Positions 42,681 to 51,125 of a stretch of DNA of 64,000 nt are shown here, piece after piece (within the stretch, counting starts at the first letter, position 1; every line of letters begins with the position of its first letter). The stretch lies in contig DMXM01000036.1 in NCBI GenBank assembly GCA_003482905.1, positions 117,201 to 181,200 on the forward strand, read 5' to 3'. This DNA is from Elusimicrobiota bacterium (lineage in GTDB: Bacteria; Elusimicrobiota; Elusimicrobia; Elusimicrobiales; UBA9959). The notes beneath the pieces are model-generated. The model made no database searches, had not been told where the DNA came from, and saw nothing but the letters and a program-made list of their open reading frames with translations. The translations under genes and the position numbers were made by a program.

Positions 42681-43725
42681 GGTAGTGAATAATTTCCGTC
42701 CCTATGTCGCCTGGGCCAACGCGCGCGGAGCCTGGCCTGACATGATCTTCTCCACGCGCGTCCGGTTCGCCCGCAACCTGGAGGGTTTTCCTTTCCCGAG
42801 CCGCGCCGAGCCGCGCCAGCTGGCGGAGATACGGCGCCTGGCGCTGGCCGCGGCCAGGGGGAGCGGGCTGTTCTCCCGCGGCCATTTCCTTAAGACCGAG
42901 GCGCTCAACCAGCTGAAAAAGCGTTTTCTGGTGGAGCGGCACCATATCTCCCACGCGCTGGCCGCCTCCGTGCTGCCTTCCGGCGCGGCCGTTGCCAACG
43001 ACGAGGATCTCTCTGTGATGATAAACGAAGAGGACCATTTGCGCCTGCAGTGCCTGAATTCCGGGTTCGCGATCGAGGACTCTTTCAAGGCGGCGCTCAA
43101 ACTGGATTCGGCGCTCGGGAGCGAGCTTCCTTTCGCCTACGGCGTAAAATTCGGTTTTTTGACGGCTTGCCCCACCAACGTAGGCACCGGCATGAGGGTT
43201 TCCTGCCTGGCTCACCTGCCGGCCCTCTCGCGGCTGGGGCGCATGCCGGCCGTGCTGGAGAACCTCTCGCATCTGGGCGTGACGGCGCGGGGTATCTACG
43301 GCGAGGGGACGTACGTGCTCGGCGACTTCTACCAGATCTCCAACGCCACCTGCCTGGGCCGCAGCGAGGAAGAATTCTGCCAGAACATAGACCGCGTGAT
43401 ACGCAACCTGATACGCCAGGAGATAGCGGCCCGGGAGGAAATGCTCAAAGGCCCCCTCAAACTGAAGACCGAGGACGCCGTTTACAGGGCGCTGGGCCTG
43501 CTTAAACACGCCCGCCGGCTTTCCTACGAGGAATTCATGCAGAACATCTCCCTGGCCCGCATGGGCGCCGCCATGGGCTGGAATATAGGCGTGGATTTCA
43601 GCACCTTCAACCAGGTAACCCTGCTGATGCAGCCTGCGCACATCCAGGCCGCCGCGGGCCGGGCCCTTAACCCGGACGAGCGCGACGCCTTCCGCGCCGA
43701 CTACCTGCGCGGCAAGCTCGGCTAA
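42673..43725 (+). CDS. mcsB: Protein arginine kinase McsB (ATP:guanido phosphotransferase)
   Basis: 350 aa. Phosphagen-kinase-type catalytic core, including EEDHLRLQ and LTACPTNVGTGMRVSCLAHLPAL. Confidence 0.9.
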   Translation: MAEVVNNFRPYVAWANARGAWPDMIFSTRVRFARNLEGFPFPSRAEPRQLAEIRRLALAAARGSGLFSRGHFLKTEALNQLKKRFLVERHHISHALAASVLPSGAAVANDEDLSVMINEEDHLRLQCLNSGFAIEDSFKAALKLDSALGSELPFAYGVKFGFLTACPTNVGTGMRVSCLAHLPALSRLGRMPAVLENLSHLGVTARGIYGEGTYVLGDFYQISNATCLGRSEEEFCQNIDRVIRNLIRQEIAAREEMLKGPLKLKTEDAVYRALGLLKHARRLSYEEFMQNISLARMGAAMGWNIGVDFSTFNQVTLLMQPAHIQAAAGRALNPDERDAFRADYLRGKLG

Positions 43726-43777
43726 GTTTGCCCTGATGGCCCTTGACATTCCTTATTAATCTGCTAAAAACTAGGTA

Positions 43778-45019
43778 ATGAAGCGCTTCCTTATCGCCTC
43801 GGTTTTATCCGCCGGCCTGCTGCAATCGCAGTGGCTGCCGCTTTTAGCCGCCCGTGGCGGCGAGTCCACCGTGATGATCCAGGGGTTTCACTGGGCCTCC
43901 TGGAAGACCGCCCCCTGGTGGGGTGTGGTTGGCGGGCGGGCGGGGGAGCTTTCCGCCGCCGGCATAGACCTGGTCTGGCTGCCGCCCTCTTCCGATTCCC
44001 TGTCCCCCGAGGGTTATCTGCCCAGAAAACTCAACGTGCAGGATTCCGCCTACGGTACGGCCGGACAGCTTGCGTCGGCGGTCAAAGCGCTGCACGCCCG
44101 CAATATAAAGGTCATCGCCGACATCGTGATCAATCACCGCGTGGGGGTAAAGGACTGGGCGGATTTTGCGCAACCCTCCTGGGGCCCGGATTCCGTCTGT
44201 GCAGACGACGAGTGGGGCAAAGGCGAGGGCGCTCCGGACACGGGCATGGGGTTCCACGCCGGACGCGATATTGACCACACAAAAAATTACGTGAGAGAGT
44301 CCATCAAAGGCTGGATGAAAGGCCTTAGGGACGTTCAAAACTACGACGGCTGGCGTTATGATTACGCGCGGGGGCTGGCTTCCCCGTATCTGCTGGGGTA
44401 CAACCGCGCCACGGCGCCGTCCTTCGCCGTGGCTGAAATATGGGACGACTTGGATATTAACGATACTGACCTCCACCGCCGGGCTTCCGCGGACTGGCTG
44501 GATTCCGTGAACGGGGAAATAAAGGTTTTCGATTTCACAACTAAGGGCATACTCCAGGCCGCGGTGCGCTCCGGGGAGTACTGGCGCCTGAAAGACAGCG
44601 GCGGCGCGCCCCCGGGCCTGATAGGCTGGAGACCAGTTAACGCCGTGACTTTTATCGATAACCACGATACTGGCCCCAGCCCCGGCGGAAAGCTGAAGGA
44701 CAAGGCCTGGCCTTTCCCCTCGGACAAAGTTCCGGCGGGCTACGCCTATATCCTTACGCATCCCGGGGTGCCATGCGTCTACTGGCCGCATTTCTTCGAC
44801 TGGGGACTGAAAGACTCTATTTCCACCCTGATCAAGATACGCCGCGCGGCCGGCATAAATTCCGCCAGCCGCGTTTCCATTGTGAAAGCCGAGCAAGGGC
44901 TTTATGCGGCGATTATGGACGGTAAAGTGGCCATGATGCTGGGGGATAAGGCCTGGCATCCCGGGGCCGGCTGGAAACTTGCCGCACAGGGCCCGGCCTA
45001 CGCTGTCTGGACCAGATAG
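43778..45019 (+). CDS. Secreted GH13 alpha-amylase (plant/archaeal-type, paralogue 2)
   Basis: 413 aa with a signal peptide. DIVINHR, GWRYDYARG, AEIWDD and FIDNHD, and the same C-terminal domain as 23326-24768 (YAYILTHPG[IV]PCV[FY]WPHFFDWG). Confidence 0.9.
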   Translation: MKRFLIASVLSAGLLQSQWLPLLAARGGESTVMIQGFHWASWKTAPWWGVVGGRAGELSAAGIDLVWLPPSSDSLSPEGYLPRKLNVQDSAYGTAGQLASAVKALHARNIKVIADIVINHRVGVKDWADFAQPSWGPDSVCADDEWGKGEGAPDTGMGFHAGRDIDHTKNYVRESIKGWMKGLRDVQNYDGWRYDYARGLASPYLLGYNRATAPSFAVAEIWDDLDINDTDLHRRASADWLDSVNGEIKVFDFTTKGILQAAVRSGEYWRLKDSGGAPPGLIGWRPVNAVTFIDNHDTGPSPGGKLKDKAWPFPSDKVPAGYAYILTHPGVPCVYWPHFFDWGLKDSISTLIKIRRAAGINSASRVSIVKAEQGLYAAIMDGKVAMMLGDKAWHPGAGWKLAAQGPAYAVWTR

Positions 45020-45107
45020 CGGCCGCCGGCTTTTATTTCGCACCCCTTCCCCGTTCCCCGGCCTCCGGTTTCTTGCTTTCCGCCGCTATATATAATTAAA
45101 TAGTGCT

Positions 45108-45905
45108 ATGTATCAGAAGCACTGGAACCTGAAAAAACTGCCTTTTGAGAACACCCCTGACACGGAATTCTTTTTTGAGTCCGAGGAGCACGAGGAGGCC
45201 TTTTCCAGGCTTTCCTACGTGGTGGACGAAAAAAAGTCCTGCGCGGTCATCACCGGCGCCTACGGCACGGGCAAGACCCTTATCTTGAAGTCGCTCGAGC
45301 GGCAGTTCAAGAAAAAGGGCTACGTTTTTTCTTTCGTGCACAATCCGCGCCTCGACGACCTGGGCCTGCTCAAGATAATCCTGCACAATTTCACCGGCTA
45401 TAACGTGCCCAAGGCCAAGGAAGACGTGCTGATGGGCATAGAGCGCTTCCTGCGCGACACCTTCCAGGACGGCAAGCACGTGGTGGTGGCCATAGACGAA
45501 GCCCAGCTGATAAACGACGAGAACGTCTTTGAGGAACTGCGGCTGCTGCTGAATTTCCAGACGGAGACCAGGTTCCTGCTAACGCTTATCCTGAGCGGCC
45601 AGCCGGAGCTCAAGGAGAAATTGGATTCCAATAAGCAGTTCAGCCAGCGCGTCACCCTCAGCTACCATCTTAAGCCGCTGGATTTCGAGGAAACAAAACA
45701 GTATATAGCCCATCGCCTGGAAGTGGCGGGCCTGGCGGAGAACATCTTCGACGGGCAGGCCATGGAACTTATCTTCGAAAGGTCGGGCGGCATCCCCCGC
45801 CAGATAAATAATATCGCCAATATGAGCATGCTGGCGGCCTACGCCAAAGGCGAAAAGGCGATAACCAGCGAGCTTGTGTCCGAAGGCGTAGAGAGCAGCC
45901 GGTAG
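45108..45905 (+). CDS. ExeA/GspA-like AAA ATPase (AAA_22 family)
   Basis: 265 aa. LPFENTPDTEFFFESEEHEEAFSRL, Walker A GAYGTGKT, Walker B VVAIDEAQ, LTLILSGQPEL and GGIPRQINN. This is the colinear ExeA / PEP-CTERM-locus-ATPase pattern. Confidence 0.8.
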   Translation: MYQKHWNLKKLPFENTPDTEFFFESEEHEEAFSRLSYVVDEKKSCAVITGAYGTGKTLILKSLERQFKKKGYVFSFVHNPRLDDLGLLKIILHNFTGYNVPKAKEDVLMGIERFLRDTFQDGKHVVVAIDEAQLINDENVFEELRLLLNFQTETRFLLTLILSGQPELKEKLDSNKQFSQRVTLSYHLKPLDFEETKQYIAHRLEVAGLAENIFDGQAMELIFERSGGIPRQINNIANMSMLAAYAKGEKAITSELVSEGVESSR

Positions 45906-45920
45906 CCCGGGGAATAATTC

Positions 45921-46550
45921 ATGAAAATATTAGGCATAGGAGCGCACCCGGACGACCTTGAATTCGGCTGCGGCGGCACTTTCCACAAACTGGCGGCCAA
46001 GGGTCACAAGATACACATGCTCGTCATGACGAGGGGGTCCGTGGGCGGCGACCCGGAAGTGCGCCTGGCGGAGCAGCGGCGGTCCGCGGCGCTCCTGAAG
46101 GCCAGGCTTTACTGGGGCGGCTTCGAGGATACGGGTGTGTCCCTGACGCGGGAACTCATCCGCTCGGTCGAGAAACACATTGAAGAGATCAAGCCGGATA
46201 TGGTCTTTGTGAACCACGGGGCGGATACGCACCAGGACCACCGCAGCGTCTCCCAGGCCGTGGAAACCGCCGCCCGCTATACGCGCAACCTCCTTTTTTA
46301 CGAGGTTCCCACCACCATGGAGTTCAACCCCGGCGTTTTTGTGGACATAGGCCCCGTGATAAACAAGAAAGTCGGCCTGCTTAAATGCCACCGTTCCCAG
46401 GTCTACAAAACGCGGGTTAAAAATCTCTCTATAATAGAAAGCGCCAAGGCTGCGGCTATGTTCCGCGGCTATCAGGACAGGGTGAAATACGCCGAGGGTT
46501 TCGTGCCCCGCCGCCTGCTCCTGGACCATCTTCTGGAATGCAATAAATGA
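45921..46550 (+). CDS. PIG-L/LmbE-family N-acetylglucosaminyl deacetylase
   Basis: 209 aa. ILGIGAHPDDLEFGCGGT and HQDH zinc-binding motifs. Confidence 0.85.
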   Translation: MKILGIGAHPDDLEFGCGGTFHKLAAKGHKIHMLVMTRGSVGGDPEVRLAEQRRSAALLKARLYWGGFEDTGVSLTRELIRSVEKHIEEIKPDMVFVNHGADTHQDHRSVSQAVETAARYTRNLLFYEVPTTMEFNPGVFVDIGPVINKKVGLLKCHRSQVYKTRVKNLSIIESAKAAAMFRGYQDRVKYAEGFVPRRLLLDHLLECNK

Positions 46551-47686
46551 TCAAACGGCAGGGCGGCTTATTTTCTTTTACCGTCCTTATCGTGCTGCTG
46601 GTGATGCTGCCGCCGGGCGGCTTTTCCGCCTGGACCTGGACCGAGGGGCTGCGCTGGGTTTACCTTTTCCTTATCGCCATGGCCGCCGTGTTCGTTCTGG
46701 CCCCGGTCAGCGGCTGGCTGGGCGTGAAAATAGGCGCCATGGACATGCCCGGCGCCAGGAAGGTCCATGTCTCGCCGGTGCCGCGCATCGGCGGCGCGGC
46801 CGTTTACCTGGGTTTCATGACGGCGATGGCCCGCAACCAGCAGTTCTCAAAAGAGATATACGGCATGATGATCGGCGGCACGATCATTTTCCTGCTGGGT
46901 TTTTTCGACGACTGGAGGGGGCTTTCCGCCAGGACGCGCCTTTTCTGGCAGGTAGTGGCCGCGCTGGTAGTGACTTTTTTCGGCCTGCATTTGAGTTTCC
47001 CTCTTAATATGCCCTTCGGCCTGGCAATTTCCACGGTGCTCTCCGTGGTCTGGCTGGTCGGCATAGTGAACGCTTTCAACTTTATGGACGGGATAGACGG
47101 CCTGGCTTCCAGCATGGGGGTGGTCTGCGCCCTGCTTTTCCTGGGCATCGGCTGGAATTCCAGCCAGTACCCGCTTTCTTTCATCTCGGCGGCTCTGGCC
47201 GGGGCCTGCGCGGGGTTTCTACGCATGAACTGGCATCCCGCCAGGATCTTCCTCGGGGATTCGGGTTCCACTTTTATCGGTTTTATCCTGGGCTGCCTGG
47301 CGCTTTACGGCGGCTGGGCCACCGACAACCCGGCCGTCTCGTTCTCCACGCCGCTGCTGGTGCTCGGCATCCCTATCTTCGACATCATCTATACCACTAT
47401 TTCCAGGGTGCGCAACGGCAGCGTGCGGAGTTTGCGGCAGTGGCTTGAATATACCGGCAAGGACCATTTCCATCACCGGCTGATGAAGCTGGGGCTGGAC
47501 GTGGAACAGACCGTCGGCTTCATAGTGCTGCTGAACATCTGCCTCGGGCTCGGGGCCTGGACCATACGCCATACCGCGTCCACGCTGGGCACCTGGCTGC
47601 TGCTGGTTCAAAGCGTAACTATCTTCCTGGTGGTGGTGGTGCTGATGGTGCTGGGCAGGGAATTAACTCCGGAGGCCAAAAAATGA
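46547..47686 (+). CDS. Polyprenyl-phosphate N-acetylhexosamine-1-phosphate transferase (MraY/WecA family, GT4)
   Basis: 379 aa and polytopic. NAFNFMDGIDGLA and FLGDSGSTFIGF motifs. Confidence 0.85.
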   Translation: MIKRQGGLFSFTVLIVLLVMLPPGGFSAWTWTEGLRWVYLFLIAMAAVFVLAPVSGWLGVKIGAMDMPGARKVHVSPVPRIGGAAVYLGFMTAMARNQQFSKEIYGMMIGGTIIFLLGFFDDWRGLSARTRLFWQVVAALVVTFFGLHLSFPLNMPFGLAISTVLSVVWLVGIVNAFNFMDGIDGLASSMGVVCALLFLGIGWNSSQYPLSFISAALAGACAGFLRMNWHPARIFLGDSGSTFIGFILGCLALYGGWATDNPAVSFSTPLLVLGIPIFDIIYTTISRVRNGSVRSLRQWLEYTGKDHFHHRLMKLGLDVEQTVGFIVLLNICLGLGAWTIRHTASTLGTWLLLVQSVTIFLVVVVLMVLGRELTPEAKK

Positions 47687-48768
47687 AAGATACTATCATT
47701 AAAAAATTTTCCGTGCGGGAGCTGGACGCGGAACTGTTCACCCCCTTTACCATCGCGAGCGGCAGCCACAAGAGCCTTGAGAACGCCCTCTTTACGCTGG
47801 AGGCCGCCGGCGGCCTGAAAGGCTACGGCGAAGCCGCCATCGCCACGCACATCACCGGGGAAACGCGGGAGCGCACCGTCAAGAGCCTTAAGCGGGCCGG
47901 GGCGCTGCTGACCGGCCTGGACGCGGCCAATTACCTGGGCGCGATGTGCCTGCTTGAGGACGCGCTGGACGGCAACAGGGCGGCGCTGGCGGCCGCGCAG
48001 ATGGCGCTGCTGGACCTGGCCGCCCGCCTGCAGGGGATCTCCCTCTGGAAGCTTTTCGGCGCCCGGTCGCCCGAGCTTAAAACGGATATCACGGTGGTGA
48101 TAGGCGGGGCGGACGCGGCCTACGCGTTCACCAGGAAAATGCGCGCCGCCGGCTTCCATATTTTCAAGGTAAAGACGGGCTCCGACATGGACGAGGATTT
48201 CCGGCGGCTGGAAGCGGTGCATAAAGCCGCTCCCGCTTCCGCCATCTATCTGGACGCCAACTGCGCCTATGGCGCGAAGGAGGCCGAAAAATTCATAAAC
48301 GACCTCGCGCGGCGCGGCATCCGCCCGCAGGTCCTGGAGCAGCCGGTGGCGAAGGACGATATCGAGGGGCTCGCCTATCTTTCCCGCAAATTTTCCATGC
48401 CCGTCTGCGCCGACGAATCGGCTTATTCCCTGGACGACGTTTTTAATCTTATCCGCAAGAAGGCCGTCACCGCGGTGAATATAAAGCTCACCAAGCTCGG
48501 CTTCCTGCGCGCGCGCGAGGTTTGGACGCTGGCCCGGGCCTCCGGGATCAAGCTTATGATGGGCGAGATGCTGGAGAGCGAGCTGGCCTCGGCGGCGGCG
48601 GCTCATTTCGCCGGCGGCCTGGGCGGTTTCGATTTTATCGACCTGGACACTCCTTTCTTCATAAAGGACAGCGGCATGCGCGGCGCTTCCTTCCTGTCAA
48701 AGGACGGCGTTTACTCCCTTGACGATGTGAAGGCCGGTATAGGCGTTGTTCCCGGGGGCGAGAAATGA
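47683..48768 (+). CDS. Enolase-superfamily dipeptide (L-Ala-D/L-Glu-type) epimerase
   Basis: 361 aa. FKVKTG, YLDANCAY, LEQPV, CADES and MMGEMLES, the MR/MLE metal and acid-base residue pattern of dipeptide epimerases. Confidence 0.75.
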   Translation: MKDTIIKKFSVRELDAELFTPFTIASGSHKSLENALFTLEAAGGLKGYGEAAIATHITGETRERTVKSLKRAGALLTGLDAANYLGAMCLLEDALDGNRAALAAAQMALLDLAARLQGISLWKLFGARSPELKTDITVVIGGADAAYAFTRKMRAAGFHIFKVKTGSDMDEDFRRLEAVHKAAPASAIYLDANCAYGAKEAEKFINDLARRGIRPQVLEQPVAKDDIEGLAYLSRKFSMPVCADESAYSLDDVFNLIRKKAVTAVNIKLTKLGFLRAREVWTLARASGIKLMMGEMLESELASAAAAHFAGGLGGFDFIDLDTPFFIKDSGMRGASFLSKDGVYSLDDVKAGIGVVPGGEK

Positions 48769-49421
48769 GATCGCTTTTTCCGGCGCTGCTCTGCGCGCTC
48801 CTGGCCGTGCCGGCCGCCGCGCAGGTCCAGGCCGGCCTGCCCGGCCTGGAGGACCTGCCGGAACCGGCGCGTTACCTTGCCGGCTACGTTTCGGCCGGCG
48901 GGGGCCTGGCGTTCCCTTTCGGGGGCCACTGGGGGGACAGGGGCGACGGGTTCAAGCCTTCCGCGGTCTACAGTTTATCGGCCTCCAGGCGGCTGGACGA
49001 AATAGTCAGCTACGGGCTGGAATCCTCCTACTCCCCGCGGCACGGTCACCGGGCAATGAAAGATATGCGGCTGGGCATATTCGCTTTTACTCCTTTTATA
49101 AAGATCTCGTCCCCGGAGCTGGACAAGACATATTACGGCGTGCTGGGGGCCGGGCTTTACCAGTGGACGCAGCCGGCTTTTACATCAGGCGGCGTCAGGT
49201 TCGGCTCTGATTCAGGTTCGAGCGCGGGGATAAATATTGGCGGCGGCGTATCCTACCCATTCTGGCGGGGGACGATGATAGGGCTGGACCTGCGCTGGCA
49301 CCATATCCTGAATATGAAAGGGGCAAATTTCGACCTTAATTCCGCCGACAATCTGAACGTTATGCTGGTCCTCCATTACGGCGTCTGGAAGAATAAGCGC
49401 CAGGCCTTGACAAGTCAATAG
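48765..49421 (+). CDS. Small outer-membrane beta-barrel protein (OMP_b-brl-like)
   Basis: 218 aa. Signal peptide LLCALLAVPAAAQ and alternating Gly/aromatic beta-strand pattern (INIGGGVSYPFW, GLDLRWHH). Overlaps the epimerase gene by 4 nt. Confidence 0.5.
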   Translation: MRSLFPALLCALLAVPAAAQVQAGLPGLEDLPEPARYLAGYVSAGGGLAFPFGGHWGDRGDGFKPSAVYSLSASRRLDEIVSYGLESSYSPRHGHRAMKDMRLGIFAFTPFIKISSPELDKTYYGVLGAGLYQWTQPAFTSGGVRFGSDSGSSAGINIGGGVSYPFWRGTMIGLDLRWHHILNMKGANFDLNSADNLNVMLVLHYGVWKNKRQALTSQ

Positions 49422-49435
49422 GCGCCTGCTATAAT
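49407..49435 (+). promoter_or_regulatory. Consensus sigma70 promoter with extended -10
   Basis: Exact TTGACA (49407-49412), 17-nt spacer, TGC-TATAAT (49427-49435). It overlaps the last codons and stop of the OMP gene. Confidence 0.55.
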
Positions 49436-49441
49436 ATACTC

Positions 49442-49528
49442 GGACGCCGGCATTGAACGGCCTCCAACTGTGAACTCCCCGAAGGCTGGGGACGCGATAA
49501 CCCGCCAAAAGCGGGTTATCGCTTTTAT
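49442..49528 (+). ncRNA. Candidate small RNA or attenuating leader (about 85 nt), family unknown
   Basis: Bounded by the consensus promoter (predicted start near 49442) and the intrinsic terminator at 49494-49528. It contains an internal hairpin TCCCC-GAAGGCT-GGGGA. Confidence 0.35.
49494..49528 (+). terminator. Rho-independent terminator
   Basis: Perfect 12-bp stem GCGATAACCCGC / GCGGGTTATCGC, 5-nt loop CAAAA, then TTTTAT. Confidence 0.8.
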
Positions 49529-49624
49529 GCGGTTTCTCTCCCCCGTCCTAATTAGTATAATTTATATATATAAGCGGGCATTGCGCCGTGCCGGCGGCCC
49601 GCGCCTGACGTTTATGGAGGCCTC

Positions 49625-51115
49625 ATGGGAAAGTTCGTGGAATGCGTGCCTAATTTCAGCGAGGGAAAGGATTTAGCCAAGATCAACGCCATAGTGGACG
49701 CCGCCAGGTCGGTACCGGGAGTGCTGGTGCTGGACGTGGAGAAAGACGCGGACCACAACCGCACCGTACTCACGTTCATAGCCCCGCTGGAGACAGCCGC
49801 GGACGCCATGTTCGCCGTTACGAAGAAAGCCGCCCAGCTCATAGACCTTAACCACCACAAAGGGGAGCATCCCCGCATGGGCGCCACCGACGTGGCCCCT
49901 TTCATCCCCATAATGGATTCCACCATAGAGGAGTGCGTGAAGCTGGCGGAGGCCGCCGGCGAGCGCATAGGCCGGGAACTCAATATTCCTGTATATCTTT
50001 ACGACAGGGCCGCCCGCAGCGAGAACCGCCGCGACCTGGCCAAGGTGCGCAAGGGACAGTTCGAGGGGCTGCGTTCGGAGATCGGCAAAAGCCCCGAGCG
50101 CGTGCCCGACTTCGGGCCGAACCGGATCCATCCCACCGCGGGGGCCATGGCCGTGGGCGCCCGCAACCAGATCGTCAATTTCAACGTTAATCTGGCCACC
50201 ACCGACATGGAATTCGCCAAGGGCCTGGCTAAAAAGATCCGCACCTCCGGCGGCGGCCTGCCGGCCCTGCGCGCCAAGGAGATCTTCCTGGAGTCCAAAG
50301 GCCAGGTGCAGATGTCCACCGTGCTTACAGATTATAGGACCACCTCCATAAAGCGCGTGATGGACGAACTGGCCAAAGAACTGGCCCCTAAAAATATCTC
50401 CATTACCGGCACCGAGCTTATCGGCCTCACCACGCAGGACGCCATAACGGACTACGCCGTAGAGGCGCTGCAGGTTAAGGATTTTAAAAAAGACGAGCAG
50501 GTGCTGGAGACCAAGCTGCTGAAGCTGCTCAGTTCCTGGCAGGCGGGCGCCAATCTGTTCGTGGACGCGCTAGCTAATACCGACCCCACGCCCGGCGGCG
50601 GGTCCGCCGCGGCGGTGAACGGCGCCATGGGCTGCGCGCTGGGGCAGATGGCGCTCGGGATAAGCCTCAGGAGCAAGAAACTCGACGAGGCCAAAAAACC
50701 GGCCATGCGCGAGCTGGCCGAACGCCTGGCCTCGCACAAGGTGGCCCTGCAGAACTGCGTGGCCGAGGATTCCGCCTCTTTCGACGGTTTCATGGAGGCG
50801 ATGAAGATCCCGAAGGACAACCCCGAGCGCAAGGTGAAGATGCAGGCCGCGCTTAAGCACGCCGCCGAGGTGCCCCTGAAAACGGCGCGTCTTTCCTCGG
50901 AGGCCCTGGCTGGGCTTACCGTCTGCGTCACTTCGATCTCCCCGCAGGTGGTGTCCGACTACCGCAGCGCCCGCTACCAGCTGGAGGCGGCCATACGCTG
51001 CGCCGCCGAGAACGTTTTTATAAACGCCGAAGGCCTGGAAGACCGGGCCTACGCCGAAAAGATAACCGCCGAAGTGAAGGGCTGGCTGGCCTCCGGCGCC
51101 GCGGCAAAAATATAA
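49625..51115 (+). CDS. ftcD: Bifunctional glutamate formimidoyltransferase / formimidoyl-THF cyclodeaminase (fused FtcD)
   Basis: 496 aa. The N-terminus FVECVPNFSEGKD is diagnostic of the formiminotransferase domain. The C-terminal roughly 190 aa form a helical cyclodeaminase-like domain (PTPGGGSAAAVNGAMGCAL). Confidence 0.9.
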   Translation: MGKFVECVPNFSEGKDLAKINAIVDAARSVPGVLVLDVEKDADHNRTVLTFIAPLETAADAMFAVTKKAAQLIDLNHHKGEHPRMGATDVAPFIPIMDSTIEECVKLAEAAGERIGRELNIPVYLYDRAARSENRRDLAKVRKGQFEGLRSEIGKSPERVPDFGPNRIHPTAGAMAVGARNQIVNFNVNLATTDMEFAKGLAKKIRTSGGGLPALRAKEIFLESKGQVQMSTVLTDYRTTSIKRVMDELAKELAPKNISITGTELIGLTTQDAITDYAVEALQVKDFKKDEQVLETKLLKLLSSWQAGANLFVDALANTDPTPGGGSAAAVNGAMGCALGQMALGISLRSKKLDEAKKPAMRELAERLASHKVALQNCVAEDSASFDGFMEAMKIPKDNPERKVKMQAALKHAAEVPLKTARLSSEALAGLTVCVTSISPQVVSDYRSARYQLEAAIRCAAENVFINAEGLEDRAYAEKITAEVKGWLASGAAAKI

Positions 51116-51125
51116 GGAGTTCTTA

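Noticed and set aside
49442-49528. Assigning the candidate RNA to a known class (SRP RNA, ZTP/pfl, THF riboswitch)
   Set aside because: I could not find the conserved SRP domain IV motifs or the ZTP GGGUCGUGACUGGCG / CCGCCUGGGCA-type blocks, and I cannot recall the THF-II consensus well enough to test it. I left it as unknown pending an Rfam/Infernal search.
49470-49676. A 68-aa plus-strand ORF overlapping the candidate sRNA, the terminator and the ftcD start
   Set aside because: It runs through a perfect intrinsic terminator hairpin and AT-rich spacer, has no SD, and overlaps the ftcD start out of frame. It is non-coding.
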